From the human T2T-CHM13v2.0 reference genome, Homo sapiens: 64,000 bases of DNA. The notes beneath the pieces were generated by a model. The model was not told the DNA's origin and searched no databases. It saw only the letters and a program-made list of their open reading frames with translations. Shown here in pieces: positions 15,051 through 28,603 of this stretch. The stretch lies in the NCBI RefSeq assembly GCF_009914755.1, contig NC_060929.1; one strand, given 5' to 3'. How positions within the stretch are numbered: position 1 is the first letter of the stretch; each line of letters opens with the position of its first letter. The position numbers and the translations under genes were made by a program.

Positions 15051-16419
15051 TTACTGACATATCCATCCTAAAGTAGGGTAGGCTTGCTAGACATGAAAGA
15101 GAAACAATACATAAACCTCTAGTTTAAATGTGACAAACATTGCAATTTGAAATTTTTTCTCCCCTTTTAATTTATTTGTGTTATTGCATGAATTGTAAGA
15201 TAATAATTAAGAAGTGAGAACTGTTTTGTTGGTTTGGAATAGAGAGGCTCTGCTGTAGGACAGAACTGCCTTAGACACACACACAAACAAACGAAAACCT
15301 TAAAGGTGAACTGATCTCATTTTACATATAAAGAAACCAAGTTGAGAGAGGATAAATAACTCAATGAAATCCACAAAATTAGCGTAAGGGACACTACAAG
15401 TACAGTCTGAGTTTGCCCACTGTCTACTTTCAATCTCATTATAAAAATGGAGTGCCTGTCCCCTCCCATCTAAATATCCCTTATAATGGACCTTTGAATG
15501 AGCTCTGTCCATATTAACCAGAAACAATCTATACTTATCAGTACTGTGTTCCGCCCCCAGACATTTAAAATAACTCAAAGCATGCCTAGATGTATGAGAG
15601 GTTGGTGATTTTCACCATAAAATATATTTATTTTTGGCCCTGATGAATTTGTATTTACAATGTCTGATATTTAATTGTTTTAAATGAAAGGTGTTAATTT
15701 AGATCAGAGACAAGAATGAAAGAAGAAGGGTGTCACAAATTAAGATTTGGAGCACTTTGATGAGGATTTTAGATTATTTGAAGGTGTGAGGCTTGATAAC
15801 CCAAAGAGATGAAAGTAAACAATGGAATTGGAAGAGCATAACATATTTCAGAGTAATAAGAGCTGACATTTATTGATTACTAGGTATATGGCAAGTAGCA
15901 TAATGCTTCATATGGATTATTTAATCTTTGAGGTTGTCATATAATATAGATAATATCATTATTCCAACTTTAAAGATAAGGAAACATTAAAAAAATAACA
16001 AAATGTTAAATAGATATCCTTAAATGTGATTATGTAAACTATTATTTTATGTAGTTTACTTTGTTCACATATACCTCAACCTGTACCAAACAACAACAGC
16101 GCAACATTTAAGATGACTTGCAAAGATAGATAAAATACAGCATAATAAAATACATTTAAAAAAAGACAATGAGGCAAAATGACCATATGTTAGGAAAATA
16201 GGAGGAGCCAGAGACAGAAGGGTAGACAAAACAAGCAATAAAATAAGCACATTTGCTAAATATTGGCCACATTAAATCCAACATGAATGAAGAAATAGTA
16301 AATTACAAGACTCATGAGGTCCATAAAGTAAAAATAAAGCAACTTTTGGAAAAACTCTTTTGCTACTGCTATTGAGACCAGAGAACATTTTCTCTAAGGA
16401 GGCCTCATAAATGATAATA

Positions 16420-16630
16420 GTATTAATCACTAACATTTAATTCAGTACTTTGCTTCCGTTACCTCATTTAATCTTCATAGAAAACTGGTAGTTATTCTAC
16501 TTTTAAAGATGAGAAAACTGAAGCACAGAGAGGTTAAAGAAATTCCTTAGAGTCACACAGCTAGTAAGAAGCAGAACTGTGATCCCAACCCAGGTCTATC
16601 TGGGTCCCCAGCCAGGGCTTTTATACTAAA
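16420..16630 (-). mobile_element. MIR SINE
   Basis: TTTTAAAGATGAGAAAACTGAAGCACAGAGAGGTTAAAGAAATTCCTTAGAGTCACACAGCTAGTAAG. Confidence 0.75.
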
Positions 16631-16790
16631 TCACATCAATTCTTGCAAGTTTCCATGCAGTGTACACTGGAATGAATTGGAAAGGGATTTTCCTGTTTCT
16701 CACCACTCCCCACAATAGGCTGCAATGAAATCATTCCAGGCAGAATTAGGCAACGACAATTCCATTGGTAGTCAATCTAACCAACAGTCA

Positions 16791-17113
16791 AGGATGGATG
16801 AAGCTGGAAGTCATCATTCTCAGCAAACTAACACAGGAACAGGAAACTAAACACCATGTGTTCTCACTCATAAGTGGGAGTTGAACAATGAGAACACATG
16901 GACACAAGGAGGGAAACATCACACTTCAGGGCCTGCCATGGGACTGGGGGCAAGGGGAGGGAGAGCATTTGGAAAAATAGCTAATGCATGTGGGGCTTAA
17001 AACCTAGATGATGGGTTGATAGGTGCAGGAAACCAACAATGCACATGTATACCTATGTAACAAACCTGCATGTTCTGCACATGTATCCCAGAACTTTCAA
17101 AAAAAAAAAAAAA
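16791..17113 (+). mobile_element. 5'-truncated L1PA 3' end
   Basis: GATGAAGCTGGAAGTCATCATTCTCAGCAAAC ... GTATCCCAGAACTT followed by poly-A. Confidence 0.9.
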
Positions 17114-17839
17114 AGAATGTATGTCTCACGCTTAATTCTTTTTAGGACACAGCCTTAGAACAGAATGTCACAGTTTGCTGGACAGCCTGTTATGTTGTGA
17201 ATGGATAACAGGGATGGGGTGAGGATCACCTAAGTCCCCTGGATAACTAGTTGTGTCTTGGATAGCCATAGTCCCAGGCTGGTTGCTTCAGGTCTCATAA
17301 ACTTGCTCAGTGATCTAAATAGATGGCAGAAACCACGATCTTCAGCTGTCGTTGCTCTTCCAAAACTACCTGAGCCTGGCCAAAGGGGTGCTACCACTTT
17401 GCCATCCATTCTAGCCTCCAGTTGTAGAGCATAACCCTTGCCCATTTGTAAAGGGCTCCATGAAAATATTGGAGCTGTTTGTGTTTCTGTACACAGTCCA
17501 AGTGTGGCCACACAAAAGTGGGGAAAGGAGAGTGAGGGACAGGGTAGGGAAGGGGTATCTGGCAGGTGCAGTTCAAGTAAACACATAAATATCTCTCTTA
17601 CATAATAAATACTTCTGTTTGTGACTGAATGTCCTTCTGAGTTGCAGCGTGATGACTAACATACTGCAAATGAGAACTTCATTAAAAAAAACTTGGTATG
17701 AAAAAGTGTGATTGGATTTGAGATTCATTTCTACATTACATTAGATAGTAGAAGAAAAACAAGAGCTGAAGCTGCTTGAATAAAAAATGCCAACTGTTGT
17801 CAATCTTTAATTGGATATGAAAAATAGCCCTGGACTTCT

Positions 17840-19399
17840 TTTCTTTTTGTTACCAGCTTTCTTGAGGTATAACTGATGTACGATAAACTGCACATATTTA
17901 AAGTGCATAATTTGACAAGTTTGACTTATGTATATACCTGCAAAACCATCACCACAATAAAGAGTGACCTTATGGATTATTCTCAAAAGCTCCCTCTTGT
18001 CCCCTTCTCTTCTACCCGCTTGTCACTCACCTTTTTCCTGGCCAGTGCCGGTCTGCTTTCTGTTACTGTAGATTAAATTGCATTTTCTAGACAAGAGTTG
18101 GCAAACTACATGGCCTGTGGACCAACTGCCTGTTGTTGTAAACAAAGTTTTATTGAAACACAGCTGCACTCATTCATTTATGTGTTGTCTATGGCTGCTA
18201 TTGTGCCATAATACCAGAGTCCAGCAGTTGCATCAGAAATTCTATGGTCTCCAAATATTTAATGTCATGCCCTTTACAGAAAAAGTCTATTAACCCTCAT
18301 TCTAGAGTTCACATAGGTGGAATCATAGGGTATGTACTTTTTTTTTTTTCTGGATTCTTTAATTCACTATAGTTATTTTGAGAGTCATCCATGTTGTTGC
18401 ATGTAACATAGCTTTTTAATTTTATTACTTTTATTTTTTATTACTGGGCAATAATCCATTGTATGACTATACCAAGATTTGTTTATTTATCTACCTGTTG
18501 ATGTGCATTTGGATTTTTCCAGTTTGGGGCTATTATAAACAAAGCTTCAATGGACTTTCATGTGCAAGACTTTGTTTCGCCATACTCGTTCTTTATTTTT
18601 AGATAAATGCCCAGGAGAGAAATAATTGGCTTATAGAGTAGGTGTATGTCTAACTTGACAAGAAACTGCTAAATAGCTTTCCAGTTGATAGATCCATTTT
18701 TTTTTTATTCCCATCATCAGTGTATGAGAGTTTCAGCTCCTCCACAACCTTACCAATGCTTGGTATGGTCAGTCTTTTAAATTTTCACCATGTTACACAC
18801 TACTTTGTGCAGTGGTATCTCATTATAGTTTTAATTTCCATGTTATTCATTACTAATAATGTTGAACATGTTTTACTGTGTGTATTTTCCATCTGTGTAT
18901 ATAAATGTATATATATATATGTATATATATATATTTTGGTAAAGTCTCTATTCAAATCTTTGCTTATTTTTATTTGGCTGTTTGTTTTCTTATTGTTGGG
19001 TTTTGAGAGTTCTTTATATCTGAATACAAGTCCTTTGCCAGATATATGATTTGTAAATATTTTATTCTAGCCTGTAGTTTGTTTATTTTCTTAACTTTTT
19101 TTTTTTTAATTTTGAGACCAGGAGTTTTAAATTTTGATGAAGTCCGATTTACTGTTATATTCCTTATGGATTATACTTCAGATGTTTTATTTAAGAAATC
19201 TTTACCTAGCCTAAGGTCACAGAGACTTTTCTCATGCTTTCTTCTAGAAGTTTTATGATTTTAGGTTTTATATTTAGATCTGTGATCCATTTTGAGTTAA
19301 TATTTATATATGGTGTGAAGTATGGATAGTTGTTTTTTTTCTTTTTCTTTTTTTGGCATGTGGATATTTAATAGTTTCCTCACCATTTGTTAAAAAGAC
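17840..19399 (-). mobile_element. Old L1M (L1MB-like) 3' portion
   Basis: CAGCTTTCTTGAGGTATAACTG...AAACTGCACATATTTAAAGTG 3' end; ends at CACCATTTGTTAAAAAGAC within ORF2. Confidence 0.8.
18092..18298 (+). mobile_element. MER58A hAT-Charlie MITE nested in L1M
   Basis: CAAGAGTTGGCAAACT...GTAAACAAAGTTTTATTGAAACACAGC...CCCTTTACAGAAAAAG; TTCTAGA-containing TSD on both sides. Confidence 0.8.
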
Positions 19400-19406
19400 T
19401 AGATGA

Positions 19407-19704
19407 GGCCGGGAGCAGTGGCTCACTCCTGTAATGCCAGCACTTTGGGAGGCTAAGGCGGGTGGATCACGAGGTCAGGAGTTCAAGACCACCCTGGCCA
19501 AGATGGTGAAACCCCGGTCTCTACAAAAAATACAAAAATTTGCCGGGCGCAGTGGCAGGCACCTGTAATCCCAGCTACTCCGGAAGCTGAGGCAGGAAAA
19601 TCGCTTGAACCCAGGGGACGGAGGTTTCAGTAAGCCGAGATCACACCACTGTACTCCAGCCTGGGCGACACAGTGAGACTCCGTCAAAAAAAAAAAAAAA
19701 AAAA
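19407..19704 (+). mobile_element. AluS(g-like)
   Basis: Full dimer, poly-A, 15-bp TSD AAAAAGACTAGATGA. Confidence 0.92.
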
Positions 19705-19719
19705 AAAAAGACTAGATGA

Positions 19720-20508
19720 TAGCGGACTAGATGCAGAAGATGGCTGACTAGATGCAGCTGCCACCGAGGGACCCGGACAACTGGCACACTCCTAATAGAT
19801 CTCCGGAAGACAGTGACAGTGGACGGAGGGAAGACACAAGCTGAGCTCAAGGAAGAATCTGGGTACCCTGCAGAGCCCTACTGTGCACCTGGACTCCTTC
19901 CTGACATCCAACGACTACTCCTGGGAGAACGGATGAGTTGATCCGGAAATTAGCAACCCGCTCTCACTACGGGCTTCTGGAATCACAATAGCAGGAGACC
20001 CTTCCACACCATGGACACTTAAGTTGTCAGGGAGAGCTGCTTCGAGAAGTGGTAGGGGCAGCACACCAGCTGATGCGGAACCTAGAGCGTTTGGTGCTGA
20101 GCGTCTGTAGCAGACATGGCCAGGGACGGCCACCCCTCTAGGCTCTCTTTGGCTCCCATACGAGACTTTAGCCCTAGGGGAACAGTGGGGCCTAACTCTA
20201 CAGCGCGGTCTTGACCATCAGACGGGGCTGGTCCGACCTGAGGGGTCGACTGACCCCTTCTGGGGCTTCAACCTGGCTGTGCCTGCTTTCAGGGCAGCCT
20301 CAGGTGCCCTGGTGACCTGTACCATAGCTCCTGTGCTGGTGGAACATGCCTGGCTGACAGAGGGCTCCAGCGGGGTGGCCCCTCACAGCCACGCACCAGC
20401 CTGCTTACTCCCTCCACTCACTGCAACTTCCCTGGGCCCATGGCAACCTTCTACATCGCTTTGCTGGCTCGTGTGTGCGTGGGCAGGTTTTGCTTTCCCT
20501 GCCCTACC
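19720..20508 (+). mobile_element. First ~0.8 kb of the 5' UTR of an L1PA15/16 (L1PREC2-like) element
   Basis: AAGATGGCTGACTAGATGCAGC...GGACGGAGGGAAGACAC...GGTTTTGCTTTCCCTGCCCTACC matches the recalled L1PA15-16 5' end; GC-rich. Confidence 0.75.
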
Positions 20509-22445
20509 GATATTAATATCAAATTAAATAAAAAGAGTTAGTATCTCTTTTTATGTTAGTATCAAGGTAGATATCATTGAAAAGAATATTATCGGGGCAA
20601 AGAATGTAGTTTCATAATGATAAAGAGATCAACTCATCAAGAAGACATAAAAGCCCTAAATGTTGATGCATCTAATATTAGATATTCAAAATTAATTAAG
20701 CAAAAACTGATTCAAATATAAGGAGGAATATGTAAATTTCAATAACTGTAGTCAGAAATTTTAATATTTCACTCTCAATAATTAATAAGAAAACTAGACA
20801 GAAAATCAGTAAGAACAGGCCTGTCAACTAATTTTATCTAAATGATATTAGTGATGTCACAAAATACTCCACACAAGTGCAGAAGAGACATTGTTCCTAA
20901 GTGTACACAAAACATTTACTAAGACAGACCATAATCTAGATCAAAAAACAAATATCAATAAATTTAAAAGAATTTAAGTCACATAGAAATATGAGCCACA
21001 ATGAAATTACAAAAAGAACGCATAGCAGAAAGTTCTCTAGAGAATCTGTAAGTATTCAGAAACTAAACAACACACTACTAAAAAACTCATAGGTGAAAGA
21101 AAAGATGAAAATAAAATACAAAACATTTTGAACTTAATAAAATAAAAAGATAATATGTTGGAATTTGTTTGATGCCACTAAAACTGTACTTCGGGTGGAC
21201 GAGTTAGTAATTATTGCCTAAATGCTTACATTAGAAATGAAGAAAGAGCTCATAGTAATGACCTCAACTTCCACCTTAAGAAACTAGAAAATGAAAAGTA
21301 AATTCAATCTAAAATAAGAAAGAAAAACAGAGATCAAAATTGAAATCAATAAAATTGAAAATGGAAAAGCAATAGTGATAATTAACGGAACCAATTTTTC
21401 TAAGAATATAAGTAAAATAAGTAGACCTCTAGCTACAGTGATCAGAAAGAGACAGGATATAAATTACCAACATCAAGAATGAGAGAGGTGATTTCACTAC
21501 ACATTTACACAAATAATCAAAGGATAATTAGTGACTGTTATGAATAACTTTATACCAAGGAATTTGACCACTTAAAGGAAATAGACAAATTTCTGGAAAG
21601 ACGCAAATTACCAAAGCTTACTCGAGAAGAGATAACCTAGTTAGACTTGTATCTACTTAAGAAAGTGAACTTATAGTAAACACATTTCTACAAAGGAAAA
21701 CCTAGGCCAAGATCATTTCGCTGGTGAATTCTACCAAGTATTTAAGAAAGGAATTATACCAATTAAACATAAACTTTTTCAGAAAATTGACAAGGAAGAA
21801 ACATGCATAGCTCATTCTGTGAGGCCAGTATTAACCTGATGCTAATATCAGGCAAGGACATTGCAAGGGAAGATAACCATAGACCAATATAATTCATGAA
21901 CATAGATGCAAACATTCTAAAAAAATTTTTAGCAAATCATATCCAACAATATATAAAAAGCACAATACATTATGACAAAGTGAATTTTATACCAGGAATT
22001 CAGGTTTGGTTTAACATTAACAAATCAATCAATGTATTTCACCATATTAAAATGCTGGAAAAAAATTAAAAGAAAATATTATCTTGGTATATGCAGAAAA
22101 AGCATTTGACAAAAATCTATCACTTATTTCTGATTAAAAACAAAACAACAAACAAAAAACTCTGAGCAAACTAGGAATAGATCTTTCTCAACCAGATAAA
22201 AGACATCTACAAAAACAACATCAAAACTGGCTAACATTATACATAACTGTGAAAAGCTGAGTGATTTCCTCCCAAGATCAGAGAAAAAGGCAAAGATGTC
22301 TGCTATTGCTATTACTACTTCTAATCAACACTGTACTGTGGGTTCCAGCCAGTGCAATCAGGCAATAAAAATGAATTTTAAAACATCCAGATTGAAGATG
22401 TAGAAACAAAAGTGTCTTTGTTCACGGATGACATTGTCATATATC

Positions 22446-22560
22446 TAGAAAGTTAAGTGGAATCTACACAGAACCACTAGAACTAAAAAAAATGAGTTTA
22501 GAAAGTTAATTGGAATCTACACAGAACCACTAGAACTAAAAAAAATGAGTTTAGAAAGTT
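22446..22560 (+). repeat. 53-bp tandem duplication
   Basis: Two copies (22446-22498, 22499-22551) with 1 mismatch, bounded by a repeated TAGAAAGTT. Confidence 0.95.
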
Positions 22561-22737
22561 GACAAGATCCATATATAAAAACCAATTGTGTTTCTATATA
22601 TTAGTCACAAAAAAAATTGAAATTTAAAATAAAATATAGCATCAAAAATATGATGGGAACAAATTCAACAAAAATGTGAAAAACCTGTGTACTAAAAACT
22701 ACAGAAGAGTGCTGAGAGAAATTAAACTATTTAGTAG

Positions 22738-23038
<301 letters not shown>

Positions 23039-23817
23039 CAGCAGTGTATTTTCTAAAAATTGACAAGCTAATTTAAAAATTCATATGGAAATGCAAAGAA
23101 CATAAAGTATCCCAAAAAACATTAACTAAAACAAAGATGGAGGGCTGGTTCTTCCTGATTTAAATACATACAAATCTAGAATAAACAAAAGAGTGCAGCA
23201 TATTGTGTAAAAATAAACAAATAGATGAATGAAACAAAACAGAGGGTCTAGAAATGTTCCCATGCATATATAGACAATTGATTTTTAACAGAAATGAGAA
23301 AGTCATTTCTGTGGATAGCCGTCTTTTTTAACCTTTATTTTAAGTTCAGGGGTACATGTGCAGGTTTGTTATATAGATAAACTCGTGTCATGGGGGTTTG
23401 TTGTATAGATTATAAATTGTCACCCAGGTATTAAGCCTAGTACCCATAACTTATTTTTCCTCACCCTCTCCCTCCTCCCACCCTCCATCCTTTGATAGGC
23501 CCCAGTGTGTATTGTTCCCCAATATGTGTCCATGTGTTCTCATCATTTAGCTCCCACTTATAAATGAGAATATGTGGTATTTGGTTTTCTCTTTCTACAT
23601 TAGTTGGCTAAGGATAATGGCCTCCAGCTCCATCCATGTCCCTGCAAAGGCCATGATCTCATGCCTTTTAATGGCTGCGTAGTATTCCATGGTTTATATG
23701 TGCCACATTTTCTTTGTCCAGTCTATTATTGATGGGCATATAAGTTGATTCCATGTCTTTGCTATTGTGAATAGCGCTGCAACGAATATACACATACATG
23801 TGTCTTTATAATAGAGT

Positions 23818-23822
<5 letters not shown>

Positions 23823-23853
<31 letters not shown>

Positions 23854-25182
23854 TGATCATTCTTGGGTGTTTCTCACAGAGGGGGATTTGGCAGGGTCAT
23901 AGGACAACAGTGGAGGGAGGGTCAGCAGATAAACAAGTGAACAAAGGTCTCTGGTTTTCCTAGGCAGAGGACCCTGCAGCCTTCCGCAGTGTTTGTGTCC
24001 CTGGGTACTTGAGATTAGGGAGTGGTGATGACTCTTAACGAGCATGCTGCCTTCAAGCATCTGTTTAACAAAGCACATCTTGCACCACCCTTAATCCATT
24101 TAACCCTGAGTGGACACAGCACATGTTTCAGAGAGCACAGGGTTGGGGGTAGGGTCACCCATCAACAGGATCACAAGGCAGAAGAATTTTTCTTAGTACA
24201 GAACAAAATGAAAAGTCTCCCATGTCTACCTCTTTCTACACAGACATGGCAACCATCTGATTTCTCAATCCTTTCCCCGCCTTTCCCCACTTTCTATTCC
24301 ACAAAACCGCCATTGTCATCATGGCCCATTCTCAATGAGCTGCTGGGTACACCTCCCAGACGGGGTGGTGGCTGGGCAGAGGGGCTCCTCACTTCCCAGT
24401 AGGGGCGGCCGGGCAGAGGCGCTCCTCACTTCCTAGATGGGATGGCGGCCGGGCAGAGACGCTCCTCACTTTCCAGACTGGGTAGCCAGGCAGAGGGGCT
24501 CCTCACGTCCCAGATGATGGGCGGCCAGGCAGAGAAGCTCCTCACTTCCCAGACGGGGTGGCGGCCGGGCAGAGGCTGCAATCTCGGCACTTTGGGAGGC
24601 CAAGGCAGGCGGCTGGGAGGTGGAGGTTGTAGCGAGCCGAGATCACGCCACTGCACTCCAGCCTGGGCACCATTGAGCACTGAGTGAACCAGACTCCGTC
24701 TGCAATCCCGGCACCTAGGGAGGCTGAGGCTGGCGGATCACTCGCAGTTAGGAGCTGGAGACCAGCCCGGCCAACACAGCGAAACCCCGTCTCCACCAAA
24801 AAAATACGAAAACCAGTCAGGCGTGGTGGTGCGCGCCTGCAATCGCAGGCACTCGGCAGGCTGAGGCAGGGGAATCAGGCAGGGAGGCTGCAGTGACCGA
24901 GATGGCAGCAGCACAGTCCAGCTTCGGCTTGGCATCAGTGGGAGACCGTGGAAAGAGAGGGAGAGGGAGAGGGGGGAGAGGGAGAGGGAGGGAGAGGGAG
25001 AGGGACGAGACTGAATACCTTCTAACATGTTTGTTAGCCATTTAGGTTTCATAATCTTTGCCTTCCCTGGTGGTCTAGTGAGTAGAATAATAATATCATC
25101 TAGGCTGGAATGCGGTGGTGAGATCTGAACCTCAACCTCCTGGGCTCAAGTGATTCTCTCACCTCAGCCTCCTAAGCAGCTC
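23823..25182 (-). mobile_element. SVA retrotransposon (short VNTR) with a 5' transduction
   Basis: Poly-T, SINE-R (23850-24350), VNTR (about 24350-24575), Alu-like domain, (CCCTCT)n at 24955-25005; TSD AATAGAGTGTTTT at 23810-23822 and 25183-25195. Confidence 0.95.
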
Positions 25183-25379
25183 AATAGAGTGTTTTATATT
25201 CCTTTTGGTATATACCCAGTAATGGAATTGCTGGGTTGAATGATATTTCTGTCTTAGGTCTTTGAGGAATCACCACACTGACTTCCACATGGTTGAACTA
25301 ATTCACACTCCCACCAACAGTACATAGGTGTTCCTTTTTCTCCACGACCACACCAGCATCTGTTATTTTTTTACTTGTT

Positions 25380-25746
25380 TTTTCCTTTATCATTTTAATA
25401 GGTTTTGGGGGGAACAGGTGGCGTTTGGTTTCTTGAATAGGCTCTTTAGTAATGATTTCTGAGATTTTGGTGCAACCATTACTGAGCAGCATACACTGTA
25501 CCTAATGTATAGGCTTTTATCCTCCACCCCCTGCCCCATCCTTTCCCCTCCAGAGTTTCCATAGTCCATTGTATCATCCTTACGCATTTGTGCCTTCATA
25601 GCTTAGGTCCCACTTATGAGTGAGAACATATAATGTTTGGTTTTCCATTTCTGAGTTATTTCACTTAGAATAATGGTCTCCAATTCCAACCAGGTTGCTT
25701 TGAATGCCATTATTTTATTCCTTTTTCTGGATAAGTAGTATTCCAT

Positions 25747-25785
<39 letters not shown>

Positions 25786-25871
25786 ATATATATCTCACAT
25801 TTTCTTTACCCATTTGTTGATTGATGGGCATTTGGGCTGGTTCCATATTTTTCCAATTGCAAATTGTGCTG
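25380..25871 (-). mobile_element. L1PB1-like 3' end
   Basis: TTTTAATAGGTTTTGGGGGGAACAGGTGG...GATTTCTGAGATTTTGGTGCA L1PB 3' UTR signature; contains (TG)n at about 25748-25781. Confidence 0.85.
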
Positions 25872-26396
25872 TAGGTGATAAAAAGTCTTAAGACAGCCAT
25901 TATTAAAAGCCAAAATTGACAAGGAAATTTGGTTACTTCTGTGTCATACAACCATTTTACATAAAAATTATAACTATTAATAACATACACTAAGTTATAT
26001 CAGAATTATAGAAGTTTCTTATAATTTTGGAACACATACCAATAAAAGATTTATACAAATGCAGTGCCCCAAAAAGGCAAACACTATTTCATATTTGACA
26101 ATACTTCCTCTATGACTTTTATACTGAATAAGCCAAATTTCACCTCTTCATTAGGGCATTATTGATGCCAAATCCAATTCTTAATAAAATGTTATAGACA
26201 AATGTATTCAGTCTTAATCAGTCTGACCATAAGGTAAGATTCTTATAATCATTTTATAACCCTTTACAAATTTTTGTTAAAGAGCAGATCGGTGCTCCAA
26301 GAAAAATTCTGTTGTACTTTTATTTTAATGTTCAGTTTACAAATAAACTGAATAATATCCCTTTAATTTTAGCCAATATGTTCACTCATATAATTA

Positions 26397-26695
<299 letters not shown>

Positions 26696-26697
26696 CA

Positions 26698-26821
26698 TAG
26701 TCGTCGTCATCGTCGTTGTCTTCTTCTTCCTCTTCTTCTTCTTCTTCTTCCTCTTCCTCTTCTTCTTCCTCTTCTTCTTCTTCTTCCTCTTCTTCTTCTT
26801 CTTCCATTTCTTCTTCTTCTT
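26698..26821. repeat. (GTC)n then (TTC/TCC)n trinucleotide tract (GAA/GAG on minus strand)
   Basis: Seen directly. Confidence 0.95.
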
Positions 26822-27913
26822 TAAATCCTTTTAAATTTCTTATTACCTAACTCTAGCCATGCCAAATAGCCAATATTTCTGTGCTCAGGGAGAGGAAAAT
26901 TCAAGACCGTTTGTGGAGGGGAAGACAATTAAAAAATGAGAAAGGTTGCCTAAATATCAAACCAGAAGAGTCATTCCTTACCCCAGTATTAAACCTGGGC
27001 TTCCTTTGTAAAATGGCAATGCCTTAACTGCTGAGCTACAGCATTAGGCGGTTTCCATTGCTTTTCTCAGAAGGAGTCCACAGCAGCCAATTTTGAGCTT
27101 GCAATGGCTTTTAACTACTCAAGATAATTTTGAGAGCTCACTATGACATAAACTCCAAAATTCCTGTTTCCTGGATGACAGAGACCAAGAGAAAGTACTG
27201 CCATGGGGTTACAAGGTCAAGCTCCCAAGGACATTTTTCAACATGTGGTCTCTGGACACAATGAAAGAATGGACAGTCACTCTGAGTAACAGAAAAGATA
27301 GAAAAAATAAAGGAGAGAAAGAGAGAAAAGCATGGCCTACAGCAGAGTGGGGAAGGTGAGGAGCTCAGGGAGGCCAGAGAAAGACCCACCCATTTCAGCA
27401 ACACTAAATCAAAAGTTCAGGCAGCTGCTTGTTGGTTGTGAAGGGAACTTTTCCAGCAGTCCCATCAGCTCTCAAGTTTCCCCTTTTGGGGAGAAAAAGC
27501 TCCTCATGCCCTGTAATCCTGTACATGCCTAATCCTGTCACCCATAGCTGTCAGCAAAGAGTGCAAGGCAGATTAATCCAAAGAGAATAGTGGTTAACCC
27601 ATCCCGTAGTGCCAAACCCATTCTTAGCTGAGAGGGCCTTTACTGAGAGGGTGGCCTCTAATCCCCTCTGACATTACTAAGTTGGGCCTTGAACACAAGT
27701 TTGGTCAAGCGTCCTTGACTTTTATTAAAAAGGCCTTTAATCAACTCTGTCTTAGGAGAGACTCTAACTCCCTTTACTTGGGCCTCTAACCTAATCCCAT
27801 CCTTTACCCAGGTACCCCACCACTTATCCAAAGTCAGCCCATCAGTGCTGCAGTCTATTTCCTTTGGGTCAGGGGTCTCCTCAGTATTGTCCCTTCGGGG
27901 TTTGCCAGAAAGA

Positions 27914-28070
27914 AGTTACTGGAAAAAAGGGGTCCCAATCTAGACCCCAGGGGAGAGTTCTTGGATCTCTTTCAAGAAATAATTCGAGGTGCGTCCATAG
28001 AGTAAAGTGAAAGCAAGTTTATTAAGAAAGCAACAGAATGAAAGAACAACTATTCCATAGGCTGAACAGT
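27914..28070 (-). mobile_element. MER61-like LTR, R-U5 portion only
   Basis: GGGGTCCCAATCTAGACCCCAGGGGAGAGTTCTTGGATCTC...AGTGAAAGCAAGTTTATTAAG; U3 absent. Confidence 0.7.
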
Positions 28071-28154
28071 CTATTTTTTTATTTTTAATAATAGCCTTTC
28101 TAACTGGTGTCAGATGGTATCTCATTGTGGTTTTGGTTTGCATTTCTTTAATAA

Positions 28155-28603
<449 letters not shown>

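Noticed and set aside
17170-17650. Possible old LTR (also 63500-64000)
   Set aside because: LTR-like composition, but I could not identify termini, TSD or family with enough confidence
23857-25052. Cluster of overlapping ORFs in a GC-rich region
   Set aside because: All lie within the SVA SINE-R/VNTR/Alu-like domains
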